Positions 1-12,859 of a DNA stretch of 64,000 bases are shown here, one piece after another. Position numbers and translations under genes: made by a program. Source of the stretch: the human T2T-CHM13v2.0 reference genome, Homo sapiens; NCBI RefSeq assembly GCF_009914755.1, contig NC_060929.1, one strand, 5' to 3'. Position 1 is the first letter of the stretch; each line of letters starts with the position of its first letter. A model generated the notes under the pieces. It was not told the origin of the DNA, ran no database searches, and worked only from the letters and a program-made list of their open reading frames with translations.

Positions 1-109
1 ACCATTGTTGAATGTGTTTGACTTTGACAATGTATAGTTTTAAATTCAAATCCAGAAGATTTATGTATTTGCCCTTGTTTCTATTACAGAATCTAAGGAT
101 ATTAAGGTG

Positions 110-200
110 AGAGGGAAGCTTAGGGACCTAATCAAAGTCCCTCATTTTAAAAGAAAACTGAAATTCAGGAAAATGAAGTGACCCATCCAAGGTCAGTCTG
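110..200 (-). mobile_element. MIR/MIR3 fragment
   Basis: Degenerate antisense MIR core (ctcatttta...gaaaactgaaattcagg...gaagtgacc..ccaaggtca). Confidence 0.5.
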
Positions 201-539
201 AGTGTCCTTAGTTCTCCTCTTTTCCTTATTCCACTTTCTCTCTCTAGAAATTTCATGTGGTCCCAAGTTTAAATGACCCTCACCTATTACTAAGTCCCAG
301 ACCTCTCCTCAGAACTGTGGTTTTCTATCCCAAGCCTCTCCTCTTATCCCCAAGTCCTAAGCCTTCTCCATCCCAATATTTTGCATCACTACTTCATACC
401 TTCTCAGGTCCAAAGACCTTCCATTATTCTTTCATGTTCCATTTTTCATACACCCTATATCTAGGTTGGCATTTGTCCTAAATTAATTTAGGATATGGGT
501 TGTATGAGGAATGGGACCTCTACTCCCAAAATAAATTAC

Positions 540-735
540 AAATTCAACCCTTTTCTTTACCCCTCTGCTATAACCCTAGTTCATACTACAGTCAGCTCCT
601 GCCTATTTGAATAGCTCTGTAAGAGTCTCCCTCTTTTCACTCTTTCCCTTTCCTGTACATCTACCATGTGGTAATAAGAGTGGTCTTTCTAAAGCATCGA
701 TGCATTGTCTCACACCCCTGCTTAAAATCCCTAAC
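540..735 (+). mobile_element. L2 LINE fragment
   Basis: L2-like 3' region (agagtggtctttctaaa...cacccctgcttaaaatccct). Confidence 0.55.
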
Positions 736-756
736 ACTTCAAATGCGACTTGAACT

Positions 757-801
757 CTTTTTCTTTCTTTTCTTTCTTTCTTTCTTTCTTTTTTTTTTTT
801 T
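757..801. repeat. (TTTC)n / poly-T tract
   Basis: Seen directly. Confidence 0.9.
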
Positions 802-802
802 A

Positions 803-1052
803 ACTGAAACCTACAATCATGGCGGAAGGCACCTCTTCTCAGGGTGCCAGGAGAGAGAATGAGTTTTGAGTGAAGGAGGAAGCCCCTTATAAAACCATCA
901 GATCTCGTGAGAACTCACTCACTATCATAAGAACAGCATGGCAGAAATCATCCCCATGATCCAATTATCTCCACCTGGTCCTACCCTCGACACATGGGGA
1001 TTATTACAATTCAAGGTGAGATTTGGGTGGGGACACAGAACCAAACCATATC
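803..1052 (-). mobile_element. MST/THE1-type MaLR LTR, 3'-truncated
   Basis: aaaccatcagatctcgtgagaactcactcactatca...gagatttgggtggggacacag..ccaaaccatatc is the reverse complement of the MST/THE1 5' end. Confidence 0.85.
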
Positions 1053-1109
1053 TCTGGGAGAGACCACAATGAGCAAAAATTGCACTGTAGCATCAGTTCC
1101 ACACATGTG

Positions 1110-1325
1110 AGTACATACTATATACAAGGTCCTTTACTGAGGCCCTTCTGTGTGTCAAGCATCATGCTAAACATAGTACATTTAAGCCTTGAAAAAACCT
1201 GTAATAAGATGTACATACTCTTATATAGAGTATATAGATGAGGGAACTTCAGGCCAGAGAACTAAATAACTTTCTGAAGATCGTACAACCAGGAATTGCC
1301 AAACTAGGATTCAAGTTCAGATCTT
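1110..1325 (-). mobile_element. MIR
   Basis: agatgagggaact..aggccagaga..taaataactt...aggattcaa, antisense MIR core. Confidence 0.65.
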
Positions 1326-1399
1326 AAAGTCTCAAAGTCTCCCACAAATCTAGGTCCTGCGGGGACACTGAGCCCCCAGAAACTTCCACTGAAGTTAGT

Positions 1400-2200
1400 G
1401 AGATAGGCAGAAATATGTTCATTGACAAGAAGAGGAAAATCAGTAGGGAAGTTGGTTACGAGGAGGAAGTGTTGTGTTTAGCCTAGCACACATTGGATTT
1501 GAAGTTAAGGATGGAGTGTCCAGGTGGGGATAGCCATGAACCAGAGAGAAATAGGAATGTGAAGGTCAGGAGATAGCCCAAGGCTCAGGCTGCTGAGATA
1601 TGGAGATAAGAGTCAGATTTCTACAGGTAATTATAAAGCCTTTAACAAGAGGTTGGGGAGACAAGTAAGGTGACCACCCATGCCTAGGTCTATCCTAATT
1701 TTAGCACTGGCAGTCCCATGTCCCTGGAAGTCCCTCAGTTCCAGGCAAACCTGGACCACTGGTCAGGCTAGAAGACAGTATTTAAAGAGAAGGCATACAG
1801 GCCAAGTATGGAAACTGGAGAATATTTATGCTTAAGGGAATAAAGACAGGGACGAACTTGCTAAAGAGAGTGCAGTCAGAAAAGTAGACGTGACCAATGC
1901 ATGCTGGGCTCTTGCTGTGAATTTGGGGCTGGGAATTCAGGTGGAAGGCATTGAAAGGAGAAGTCTCCATCAGAGAGGGCTGTGAGGAAAGTAGAACCAT
2001 CAGATAAAACCTGGATTTCCATTAGGGCCAGGCAGAGAAAGGAACTTTGTGGAAAGATGGAAGACAGGACAACTGGAAGATACCAATAGTTATACCCACA
2101 AGAAGGCCTGAGACTGGAGAGGAGCTGGGCTGAGTGGGGAGGAGATTGCAGGAGGACTTGCTTTTCTAACTGGGGAGAAGGGCGTATCTCAATGGCATGG
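1400..2200 (-). mobile_element. Degenerate L2, interrupted by MER81
   Basis: Purine-rich antisense L2 motifs (tccaggtggggatagcc..., ggctgctgagat..gagtca, ccaggcagagaaagga). Confidence 0.45.
1666..1770 (-). mobile_element. MER81 (hAT-Blackjack MITE)
   Basis: Terminal inverted repeats taaggtgacca / tggtcaggcta; internal ttttagcactg...agtcccatgtccctggaa..ccctcagt. Confidence 0.8.
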
Positions 2201-2420
2201 AGGAAGGAGCCAGGCTTGGACCTTTGGCCTTGAATCTTATCCCCTTCACTCAATAGCTGCGTAATTTTGGGCAAATACTTTCCCCTCTCCGAGATTCAAT
2301 ATCGTCTACTGTAAAACAGAGATAATAATATCCACGACCTTGCAATCCTAGAAATAGGATTGCATTTAGATCTAGGTAGCAATTAGTGGTAATGTACAAA
2401 GCAGGCTGTCAATAAAAGGT
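2200..2420 (+). mobile_element. MIR
   Basis: tagctgcgtaattttgggcaaatactt..cctctcc...ctgtaaaacagagataataata. Confidence 0.7.
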
Positions 2421-3393
2421 TTCATTGCTGGGTTATCAAATTTTTTTTTTACTAATATTGTGAGATTTGTCAGGGGCAACATATAAATATCAGAAGAAAT
2501 TAACTAGGCAGAATTCTGTTGTTGAAGGAGTTTCAGGCCTTGTGTTTCTGCTTAAATATCACCAGGCTGACTGTGATGGAACTGTGAGGCACCCAGCTGA
2601 TCATTTCTTAGAAGCTCGGTATAAGGGCAGATGGTAAGACAGGTCTAACTTTCAATGTCAAATGATATTATTAAAGTTAAACAGTCTGGATAGGCTTGGG
2701 GAGGTTAACTCCGCTTTCTATACTCTGCACACCCTAGAGCTAAGTGCCTAGAGCTGAAAGTGCTGCCAGCAAAGTGAAGCTGCTCTCGAGGGGAATACAC
2801 TTGGCAAAAAGAGCGCTCATCAGGAGCAGGTGGTGAAAACTCCACTAAGTTAGTGAGAACATCTCAAAGCCCAGAATCTAGGCTTTAAATATTAATCTGA
2901 CTTCAGTAAGAAAGAGCTAGTTTTTACCCATTAGCTGAGAAGCACTTCAGCTCTGACTTGTTATTTTTAAGCAGTAATGTTTTTTTAAAGAGTCCAATTC
3001 TGCTCCCCATAAGGGAGAGGACTAGCTTGAGCAAACCCCAGTGGTCTTTTTTCTTCAGAGTGTGGGAACAGAGAAGCAGTCGGCTATCATTCAGCTTGTG
3101 CCGTCCCGAGGTCACCACACCTGATGCTGGTTTAGAGATGAGATTAACCACAGTTCAAGAACAAACTCTCTCCGCAACGTAGGCTGGAATGGCTCCACGA
3201 GCCAAACCACTTGACAGAATTTTAAGAAACAGAAATCTATTGCTGTTTCCTTTCTATACTGGAAATATACAAGATATTGAGGCTACTCACCCCATCAGGC
3301 CACCAAAAATACGTGTATGTTCTATTGCCATCTGATGCCATCCTACCCCACATGCACAATGCCAGTGTGGGGGCTACAAAGTACCTCGGTGCC

Positions 3394-3746
3394 TATTTTA
3401 ATCCATTTAGGCCACTCTAACAAAAATACCATAGATTAGGTGGCTTACAAACAACAGAAATTTATTTCTCAAAGTTTTGGAGACTGGGAAGTCCAAGGTC
3501 AAGGCACTAATCTTGGTTTCTGGGGACAGCACACTTCCTGTTCATAAGGCAGCAGTCCCTTTGCTATGGCAGAATGGGTAAGCGACCTCTCTAGGGTCTC
3601 TTTTCTAAGGGCATTAATCTTATTCCTGAGGGCTCCACCCTCGTGACCTAATCACCTCCCAAAGGCCTCACCTCCAAATACCCTTACACTGGGGATTAGG
3701 TTTCAACATCTGATTTGAAGGAGACATAAACATTCAGTCTATAGCA
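3394..3746 (-). mobile_element. MLT1A/MLT1A0 MaLR solo LTR with perfect 5-bp TSD (GTGCC)
   Basis: aacaacagaaatttatttctc...ctgggaagtccaaggtcaagg...cctaatcacctcccaaagg...cattcagtctatagca; GTGCC at 3389-3393 and 3747-3751. Confidence 0.88.
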
Positions 3747-4289
3747 GTGCCCCAATTCTGGATTTTTTTTCCTCTCACTTTCAGAGCAGAACTCATCTGA
3801 GTGAGAATGATTACCTTTTCAAATAGATGTTAGTTTCATTCTAATCAGGGCTTTGGAAGAGAATCAGGGAAAGAGTCTTCTCAGAAAAGGAGTCTGAAAG
3901 AAGAAGTTGGCAGAATTTCAGCAAACAGGAGTTTAAAAAAATCTAACATCATGAATCTGTTCACTAGCAGGAAAGAAAATATATTGTATTTTCAAGGCAG
4001 GGTAACAATGTTGCATAACTTAGGGTTGGGGGGTTGCCATTCACTTTACAGTCTATGTGAAGGGTGCCCCCTAGAGTTGTACAGTGGGCAGCCTGTGCAC
4101 CCAAATTTGAAAAGCCCTGGTTCAGGGTATCCAAGTCAGAAAAGTATCTACAATCATTTCCACACAGGCATGAAAGCTTTAGTCTATGGAAAAAATTAAG
4201 TTGTGATAGACTATTCTGTGGAAAATTCTTAATGCACACAGTGGAACCCAAATTTCCCACCGAAGTGAGTCCTAAATTATAACCGGGGT

Positions 4290-4385
4290 TGAGGGGGGAC
4301 TTGGAGGTCATTTAGACCATCACTTCATTTTGCAGATGAGGCAACTTTAGCCCAGAGACATGTCTTGCCCAAGACCAGCAAGGCT
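4290..4385 (-). mobile_element. MIR fragment
   Basis: cattttgcagatgaggcaact..agcccagaga...cttgcccaaga. Confidence 0.6.
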
Positions 4386-5884
4386 ATGCTAAAAAAGTGA
4401 AACAGACTTCCCCTGCTTCCCATAGATGGCAAAATAGGCCACTTTGCTGTGAATGGCATTCAGTCACCCAGACCCCAACCTGAGCCTAATTCATCATTAT
4501 CATCACTCAGCACTTACGGAGCACCTTCTAAATACTAAGCCTTTCTTGAGAATACACAAAGAGTCTCTCCAAAGGTCCCAGCCCATGAGGCAACAGGAGG
4601 GCAGATCTTCGCATAAATCACACATCCTTTGGTCCAGGAAATGAAGACTTTGCTAGAAACGTTTCCAGGCACAAAAGTAGTATAACCCTCTTTGAGCCAT
4701 GAATGGTTATGGTCCGTTGAGCAAATCCTTATTTAGGCTTTTCTTTCTGAAGAATGTCCCCGTTGGAGTTGACTAACTTCTTTGAAGCTGCCTTGGTTTA
4801 TTGGTTAAATATTTACTCATTAATATATTTAAAAGCCATATTATTTACACAATGGATTTGGAACCATTCTGGACTATTGGGTAATTATTACCTATTTAAA
4901 ATCAGGCTATCCAAAGCAAGAAAACTGATGGTCATTTATAGGGAGAATGGGGAAATTTACAGGTTACTGAGGTTGATCTTTAATTTAAATTTTATTTTTA
5001 ACCCAGTCATTCTACTCTTTCTAACGGGAGTTTAATGCATGTTTGAATGTGTGTGGTGAAAGTGAGGTGGGAGGAGAGAGAAGCCCTTTTACCAAAACCC
5101 AGTGCAATTAAACTGCTTTATGGACAAGCTGTCTGCCAAATTTCTTGTTGAAATCAAAGACACCTTTGAGTTTGTTATGCAAGAGCAGGGCAAAAAGCAC
5201 CTGCAGTCACGTCTGTTTCTCATTTTGTACTCGTGTAACTCAGATGCCCTGTGGATTAAGTGGAATCTGCTCCTGAGTCGAAATCGTGTACACCACGTGT
5301 CAGCTCAGCTTGAATTTGGAAACAGGAGCTCAGAAGGTGCCATTCAAACATGTGGCTCTGGTTTTCCCCGGGTGTAACTTGAACGCGGGAGTCATGTTAT
5401 GGGGCCCCTGCCCCCAGCTTCGCTCTAAGTAAGAGATACAGCAGCACCTTGTTTCCATTTGATCGTGCTGCCCCCCACTCCTCACCCACATATGAGTGCC
5501 CATTTAGGCTTTCATGAGAGAAGGTGGAAAATGAGTGCTGTGAATGTGCATGTGGACAGTTCATGACCTGTGCATGAATTTACAACCGTGTCCTGACACA
5601 GAGAAAGGAAGACAACCAGAATGCGTGACCAAACATCCCCAGGTAGCCAACATAGGTCACTTCTCTGGGCAGATACTGTTTGTGCCCTACTTAAATGTAA
5701 AAAGCATTCTCTGGGTCTAGAGAGGTTGCATCAGGGTAAAATAAGTACTCAGCTTTTATGTTAAGACTCCAACCAAATTCTTTCCAGTTTTAACCCAAAG
5801 AGGCCTCTTTTAAATATCACACTGATAAGGAATTCTGGATCTTGTCTCTTTGATCACATTTTAAAATATTAGCTTCTTATCTGC

Positions 5885-6010
5885 CTCTTCATTCACTCCG
5901 TGGATTCAACAAATATTTAATGAGTACCTGCTATGTGCTATCGAGCATCAGCAGCTCATAAAACACCAAGGACTTTGCTTTCATGGAGTTTCCTTTCTAT
6001 CTGGGGAGGG
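5885..6010 (-). mobile_element. L2 3' end
   Basis: attcaacaaatatttaatgagtacctgctatgtgc...tttcatggagttt..ttcta. Confidence 0.7.
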
Positions 6011-9000
6011 GAAGTATTGGCTTTGAACTAGCTTGGTGAATATGTGTTCCAGTTAAAGTCAAGTCTCCATGTGGCATTCCAGATTTACACAGGATAAATT
6101 GGGATGTGATAATTTGCTTCAAAAAAAGATTCAATATTTTGCTAAAAAAAAAAAATCACAGAAGGATTCCCTTTAAATCTAAAACTCCTGTAGCGCCCCC
6201 TCCCAACCCAGTCATTTTATTTATTCTGCATTTTTTGAGGACTCCATGTATTATTAAATGGAGTGCCCTGCGCTGTTCTGAAATACATCCCCTAATCACC
6301 ACCGTAGGTAGACAGTCACTTCCCCAGGAGGATTTGACTGCATAAAAGAAGTGCCTTATGAAAGCACTACTTATTCCAAAATAAAAACCCACCTATTCGG
6401 CAAGAGGCTACCGGCAGGCCCAGAGAGGGAAAACTCTTAGGGACTTCACTGTCAGTGGTTTCCCCAGAGCCTCTGTGCACCCTCAGTATTTAAGAACTGA
6501 GTTAAGGGCAAAAAAAAAAAAAAAATCTAGAGTCAAGTGGAGGTTTGCCTTTAAGTTTTTCCAGATTTTTCTCATTAACAAAAATGAGGTAAAAGAAAAA
6601 GCTTAACCAATACAATTTAAAAAATGAATCTGGCAAGGTGACGACATCACTTTTCTCTCTTGACACTTTGAACTACTTGGATACTTCATTATCTGTCACC
6701 AGCATCTCTCCTTGTAAGCACCAGCAATTTGGCCCATTAGCAGTTTGTGAGAACAGTGACTCCACTAAGCTTTTGTGTGAGAACATAGAGAGTCGCCACA
6801 CAAACATACAGACTTAGAAGAAATGAGAGAGAAACTGAAATGAACGTTCCTAATATTACAGTGGCCCTCCTGTTATTTTCCCCATGTTGGGGTTTTATTG
6901 ATCAGTGACCACATTGCTCCTCAGGACCATCACACTGCCAGGAAGCTTCCCGGTCCAGCTGCACAGTGGTTAGTTGGCATTTAAAAATAAAAAGAAATTC
7001 AAAAACAGGTTTTTGTTTTTTGTTTTTTGTTTTTCAGAAAAGTGAATGCCATATCATAAATTTCAGTTTTATGAGTGGGAAGCCCATCCCACTAATATCA
7101 GGGAAGGAAAGTGAAGCCAACCTTGGGTGGCGGTGTTTATCTGTTCAAGAAGGATTCATACTAAAAAGGCATCATATTAATTAGATAAGTTTAGCGGATA
7201 CAGGTACAAAAGGGTATTCAGAAGTCAAATGAGCCATTCTTCAATTGAAGAACTTTGCTTTAGAATAATCATGCTCAGTGCAGTCATTGTCACTTAAATT
7301 AGCCCAGGAGGAAAAGTTTTCTTAAGAGAACATATGTACAAATAAAATGAGATTGAGGTAGGAAGAAATTAAGTGTTTTTTCTGTCCCAAGGTTAGATCA
7401 GTCTAAACAGACTATAGCAAAAGCCAAGCCTCATACACATGCCACAACCATCACTCTTCAAGGCCTCTCCTGGCCTCAGCATTTGGGTCTTCACTGACCC
7501 AGAGGCCAGGTCCAACACCCACTCTGTTACTTTTTCAGATAAAGACTTTCTGATTCCTCCAGGAGAGCCTGTGATAGCTGCCATCTGACACATTGCAGAA
7601 TTATACTTGACTTTCTGAGAAGAACCAGATTCCTCTTGCTGCTGCTTAGACACAGCACTTAGAGTTTGTCTGTGGCTGGAATCCGAACTAAATAGCAACT
7701 ATGCAGCTTCCTAGGCAGAATGGGAGGTGTGGAATCCACGTGTAGGTGAAGCAGAGAAACTCAGTTTTCCTTTGTCTATCACAGGCCCCCCTTCCTGGTG
7801 GAAGCACTGAGCAAAAGTATGCCTGGACTTCTCATTACAAGTCACCTGTCCAGGCACATCCTTCATTCATGCCACCATTTTCCTCAACTGATTTATTTAA
7901 ATGAAAAGAACTGAGGAATATTTTCATGGAAAAAGAAAATGTCTCCTCAAGCATACCCAAGTTACTGGCAACTCCCAATATGAAAGTCAAGCCTGTAACT
8001 CTTGGTATCCAGGCTTTAGACCACATGGAAGCAGATAAAAATCTTTGAAAAATCACTCACAAAAGTCATCAACATCTTAAAGCCTATACGTTAAAATGCA
8101 ATTCCTTCTAAGGCATTTACCACACAACAAGAAGTTAAGCCAATGGATTTATAATGACACCATGGCTATTAAGAACTGCCTGCCAAGTGGCTGGTATGAC
8201 ACCCAGCACTGTGTTGCAACATCCTCTATTCCAAGTAACCACTTAGATCTTATGGTAAGATAAAACCTCAAAACAGACACATCGAAAGGGAGAAGGTAGA
8301 CATTTGACTTCAACTCCATTTCCCAATTAAAACCTGTCAAACGAATGGTGGAGAAGAGTACGGAAAGACCAACTGCACTCAATGGCAACAGTCATCTGGA
8401 ATTCCTAAGAGAGGTACAAGAAGATAATGAGAAGATTGAGGTTTAGAGTAGAATACATAGGTGTGTGCTTTGGAAATGTGGCATATTCATTTACTTTTTC
8501 TGTGTCTCAGTCTCTTCCGTATGGACTAGTGGAAGTTGATGATTCAGATTTCCTGAGGTTTCCCTGGAGATCATTTTTAAGACCTTGGGCTTACTGCCCC
8601 TATTCATGGTTCCATGTTCCTCTATTGCTTGAGCACAGTTTTTCAGTGCCTGCTTTTCCAAGACATCAGCATCAATTAATCCACTCTGAAATGCAAGGGT
8701 TATTGAAGAGCTAGGTTTCTTCTATAATAAAGGTGTATCAGGGCTTTTTTATTTCGTGAACTGTCCCAGTGGAGTATAACTATAGAACACTGTTCCGAAA
8801 ATCCTTAGAGGTTTAGGATACACTGCTCAGAGATTCTTGAGAATAAAATTCTGCCATCTAATTGATTCTAATTACCAAACATTTTTGAAAGTTTATCAAC
8901 TCTACTATCCATATTTATACTAATCCAAATCTAAAGTATTTCCTAGCTAGAATTCCATGATTCTGTAATTCTGGTCATAAGTTTTTTCCTCCCTCTATTC

Positions 9001-9724
9001 TTTTAAGAAGATCATATCAGTGAGGAGCTTCATTTACTATCTCCGTCTCTAATTCCTTCTCTTTAGTCCTCTGTGTGTCCATTAGAAATAAGGACCAACA
9101 CATTCTTTTTTATGGCCATTTTCACTTTCATGGAAAACTCCATTTACAGAAAACTCCATTTTCACAGTGGACATTATTTTTAAAAACTGTGAAGTAGTTG
9201 CCATCAGTACATCTGACCACCTCATTAAAGAGCTACTGCTTCAAAAGCAGGTCTATCAGAAGGGACTCCTTGCTTAACCTAGAGACAGCCTAAGGAAACA
9301 GTTACCTGTCCATTCTACAAACGTCCTGATGTTCATTAAATATTATTAATGCCTACTTCAGAATTTTATTGGTATTAATGTCAATAATTTTAGACCTACT
9401 TCACATGTTTGCTAGTGTTGCTTAAAGATTTTGGCAGATTGTAAAGATAGCACGAATTCTGAGGTATACTTGCTTGATCATTTTGCTGCTTTTGTCCTAG
9501 AATGCTGAATGTGATGTGATTGAATAGTTCTGAAAGATTTAAACCTGCAGAAATTACACACACAGTGCTAAAAGGCTCATAACAGTCTTGGATCCAATTT
9601 AGCCAAATCACAATCAGATTTGACATTCGTTGACTGACAGAGAGACCGACAAACCAATATTCAGAAGCTTCTTTCTTTTTCATAGTTCATTAACAGCAGG
9701 GGAGTTTTCATTTCTTTCTCTCAG

Positions 9725-9788
9725 TTATGCAAACATTTGGTGAATTTAACTGATGCAGAGAATCGCACTAAAAATCCAAGTCTCAAAG
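9725..9788 (+). other. Candidate internal exon (64 nt) of an unknown, probably non-coding transcript
   Basis: Branch-like TTAAC at about 9690, acceptor ttttcatttctttctctcAG, donor AAG|GTAATG. No transcript evidence available. Confidence 0.3.
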
Positions 9789-10893
9789 GTAATGTGCTCA
9801 TATTTGTGGGTTTCTGTGACGAAAATGGCCACTTTCACAGAGCAGCCTACGAAGCACAACGCTTAAGTTGCTGGTGCCTGGCGTGGGATCTCCAGGCCCT
9901 GATCTCCAGGTCAGCCTTCCCACCAGCGATCTATACAACCTTGCTACAGAGGATCCCACTTATCATTACCCCATACATCAGTTCACTCATTTGGTCAATG
10001 ACAATGAAAACGTCAACTGTTACTTCTTTTGCAACTCTGGTGATTTATTTATATAAGTAACAATCATTGGTTTGTCTCCGGACCTGTGCTAGGCATTGGG
10101 ATCCTTTATGTACATGACTAGCTCTAAGGTAGTGAATGGGAATCAGAGAAAGAAGAGAGGAGGGGGGTAGTTAGTGCACAGTGTGGGCTGGAAATATAAT
10201 TAACCAGCTTGAGATTTCCACTGCGCCATAATGCAAATGCAACCCACCAGATTCTGTCAATCTCCAGTTACACCCTTATTTAGAGAGAAAAAAAGATCTA
10301 GTTGAATAGGGGACAAATGCTGACATAGCTCGTTGATTTGTAAATGTAGAAATGACAGTCATAGTGATGAAAACTATATACATTTATATACAGATTATGA
10401 AGCAAAAATTTTCCCCTGAAATATCCTATTTAATCAAGGAAAAGAGCTCTTACACCATTTTATACTTTCCTGCCCACCACTTCTCTCAAAATTCTTTTAA
10501 GCCGAAATATTCTCATCCTTTCATTTCACCAATGTCTAGGATACAGCTAAGACAGCTCAACAGTAATAATGCATCCAAAACCAAAATTCAACTTAATAGG
10601 CATTTATAGCATGATACTATATGCCAATATTCTTACGTAAGTTTAATAGCTTCAATTTCAGATGGCAATCTAACTTAGAAGGATTTTATTAGTTTGTATG
10701 AAGTTTCAGGGATATTCCCTCCTTATAGGGAAAGTGTGTGAGAACATTTATTTTTGAGAGTCATTTTTATACTAAATAAAAGACCATTTAAATAAAGAAA
10801 CAATATTCCTGGTCATAACAAAATTGTAAATATTTAATTATCGTAAAACCAAAAAGCTTAAGGTTAAGGAAAAATATATTCAATAAATTCTTA

Positions 10894-11299
<406 letters not shown>

Positions 11300-12859
11300 T
11301 CAAATAGATCCTGATTAAATACCTACTATGTGCAAGGCACATAATTACTAGAAGAAAAAAGAAATGACTTCTCCCTTAAAGAATAACATTTTAACAACCA
11401 AGTTAACCAGCTGAACTTTCAAGCAGAGTGCTATTCATGCTTTTGAATAAATGAGTCTGAATATTACCATAAGAATAAAAAAAGAATTTGATTTCGCCAT
11501 TTCCCAATGGAGCAGAGACTTGTTGTATCATGTACTAAATGCAAAGTCAAAACATAAATCCCAGGAAACATATATCCTACATGATAGATCAGCCTGTATA
11601 TGGAAAGATGCATTCAAAATGGAACTTTTACTTCAATTACATTGATCACTATCTAATAAAAGGTCTTAGAGGGAATATGATTACACTTTCATTTTCATAA
11701 GCAGATATCCATAATGATAGAACAAATCAAAAAGGAAAGCAATTGCAGAATAAGTAAGTGATTGAGCTAATTAAAATTATTGCCAAAAAAAGAGTTTCGT
11801 CACTATGGAACAAATCAATCAATATCAAGTCTAAACCAGAAAACTATGCCAAGAAATGGTATAACATTTTGCCTTTCCACCTTGAATTTTGAAAGGAATG
11901 ACGTGCATTTGAAGAACTTCTCAAGTGAGTAATATCAAAAGTACAAAGAAAGAGGGGAAAAACAAAGAGATTTCTGCAACTCTCATTTCTAAAATAACAG
12001 TATACAATCTGTTTTGTATAAGAAATATTTTATAAAGTTTTCTAGTGGTGATGTCAATAAAATTAGAATCTTTTTGAATTTAGACTGATGTCACCCAGTG
12101 CTTAAGTAAGTGTATCTGATGTTTGTTCATTATTATTAGGCTATGTTATAGACTGTATAAATAAGTATCTAATATTTTAGTAGGCTGAAAATCAACCATG
12201 TAATATGTTCCTAACTACATACGAAAATGCTATTAAATGAAAATATTTCTCTATGAAAACTGTTCTGACAGTTAAACTAATAGAACATTAAGTACCAAAA
12301 AAATTTAACAGGCTTACATTATGTTAGGTTCAAAGCTACTTAACCAGCACTATGTATACTGTTCCCATGTTTTGAATCTATTAAGATAGTTCAAATCCCA
12401 TCATAGTCAACTCCACAAGATTGCCCCAGTTCTTTTGTTAGATTGACAATTTTCCATGTCAAATATAACTTGAAATAAATGAGCCATTATACCACCCTTG
12501 GAATTAACTTTATTATAAAGAGATAATTATAATAATTCCTGTAACTTACTTTGCTGTTTTGAATATGAAGGTATAAGAAGATTTTAACTACTTAGACTTC
12601 TAAGAAGGGTCCAGAAAAGGTGCATGTTTAGTTTGAACACTACAGTCAGATTCAAGCTGACATATGTTTTGATGGTGAACAAAAAATTCCTCTATTTTAT
12701 TCACTTAGGGAGGAGTAGTGTACAGTAACTAAGTCAAAGAATAACTGACCAGTGGTGCAGCTATAGAGTTGGAAAAGGAGCATTCCCTTTCAGAGCCCTA
12801 CTTCTTCCAATATTATCAAAGACTCAAAAATAATCCAAATGGCCCAAAAAGCTCCCAAC

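Noticed and set aside
7393-7698. 101-aa minus-strand ORF (QQQEESGSS)
   Set aside because: Weak splice signals and no recognisable homology.
9133-9165. 16-bp tandem duplication (gaaaactccatttaca)
   Set aside because: Two copies only; ordinary slippage.
11650-11960. Possible CR1/L3 3' relic
   Set aside because: Too degenerate to call by eye.
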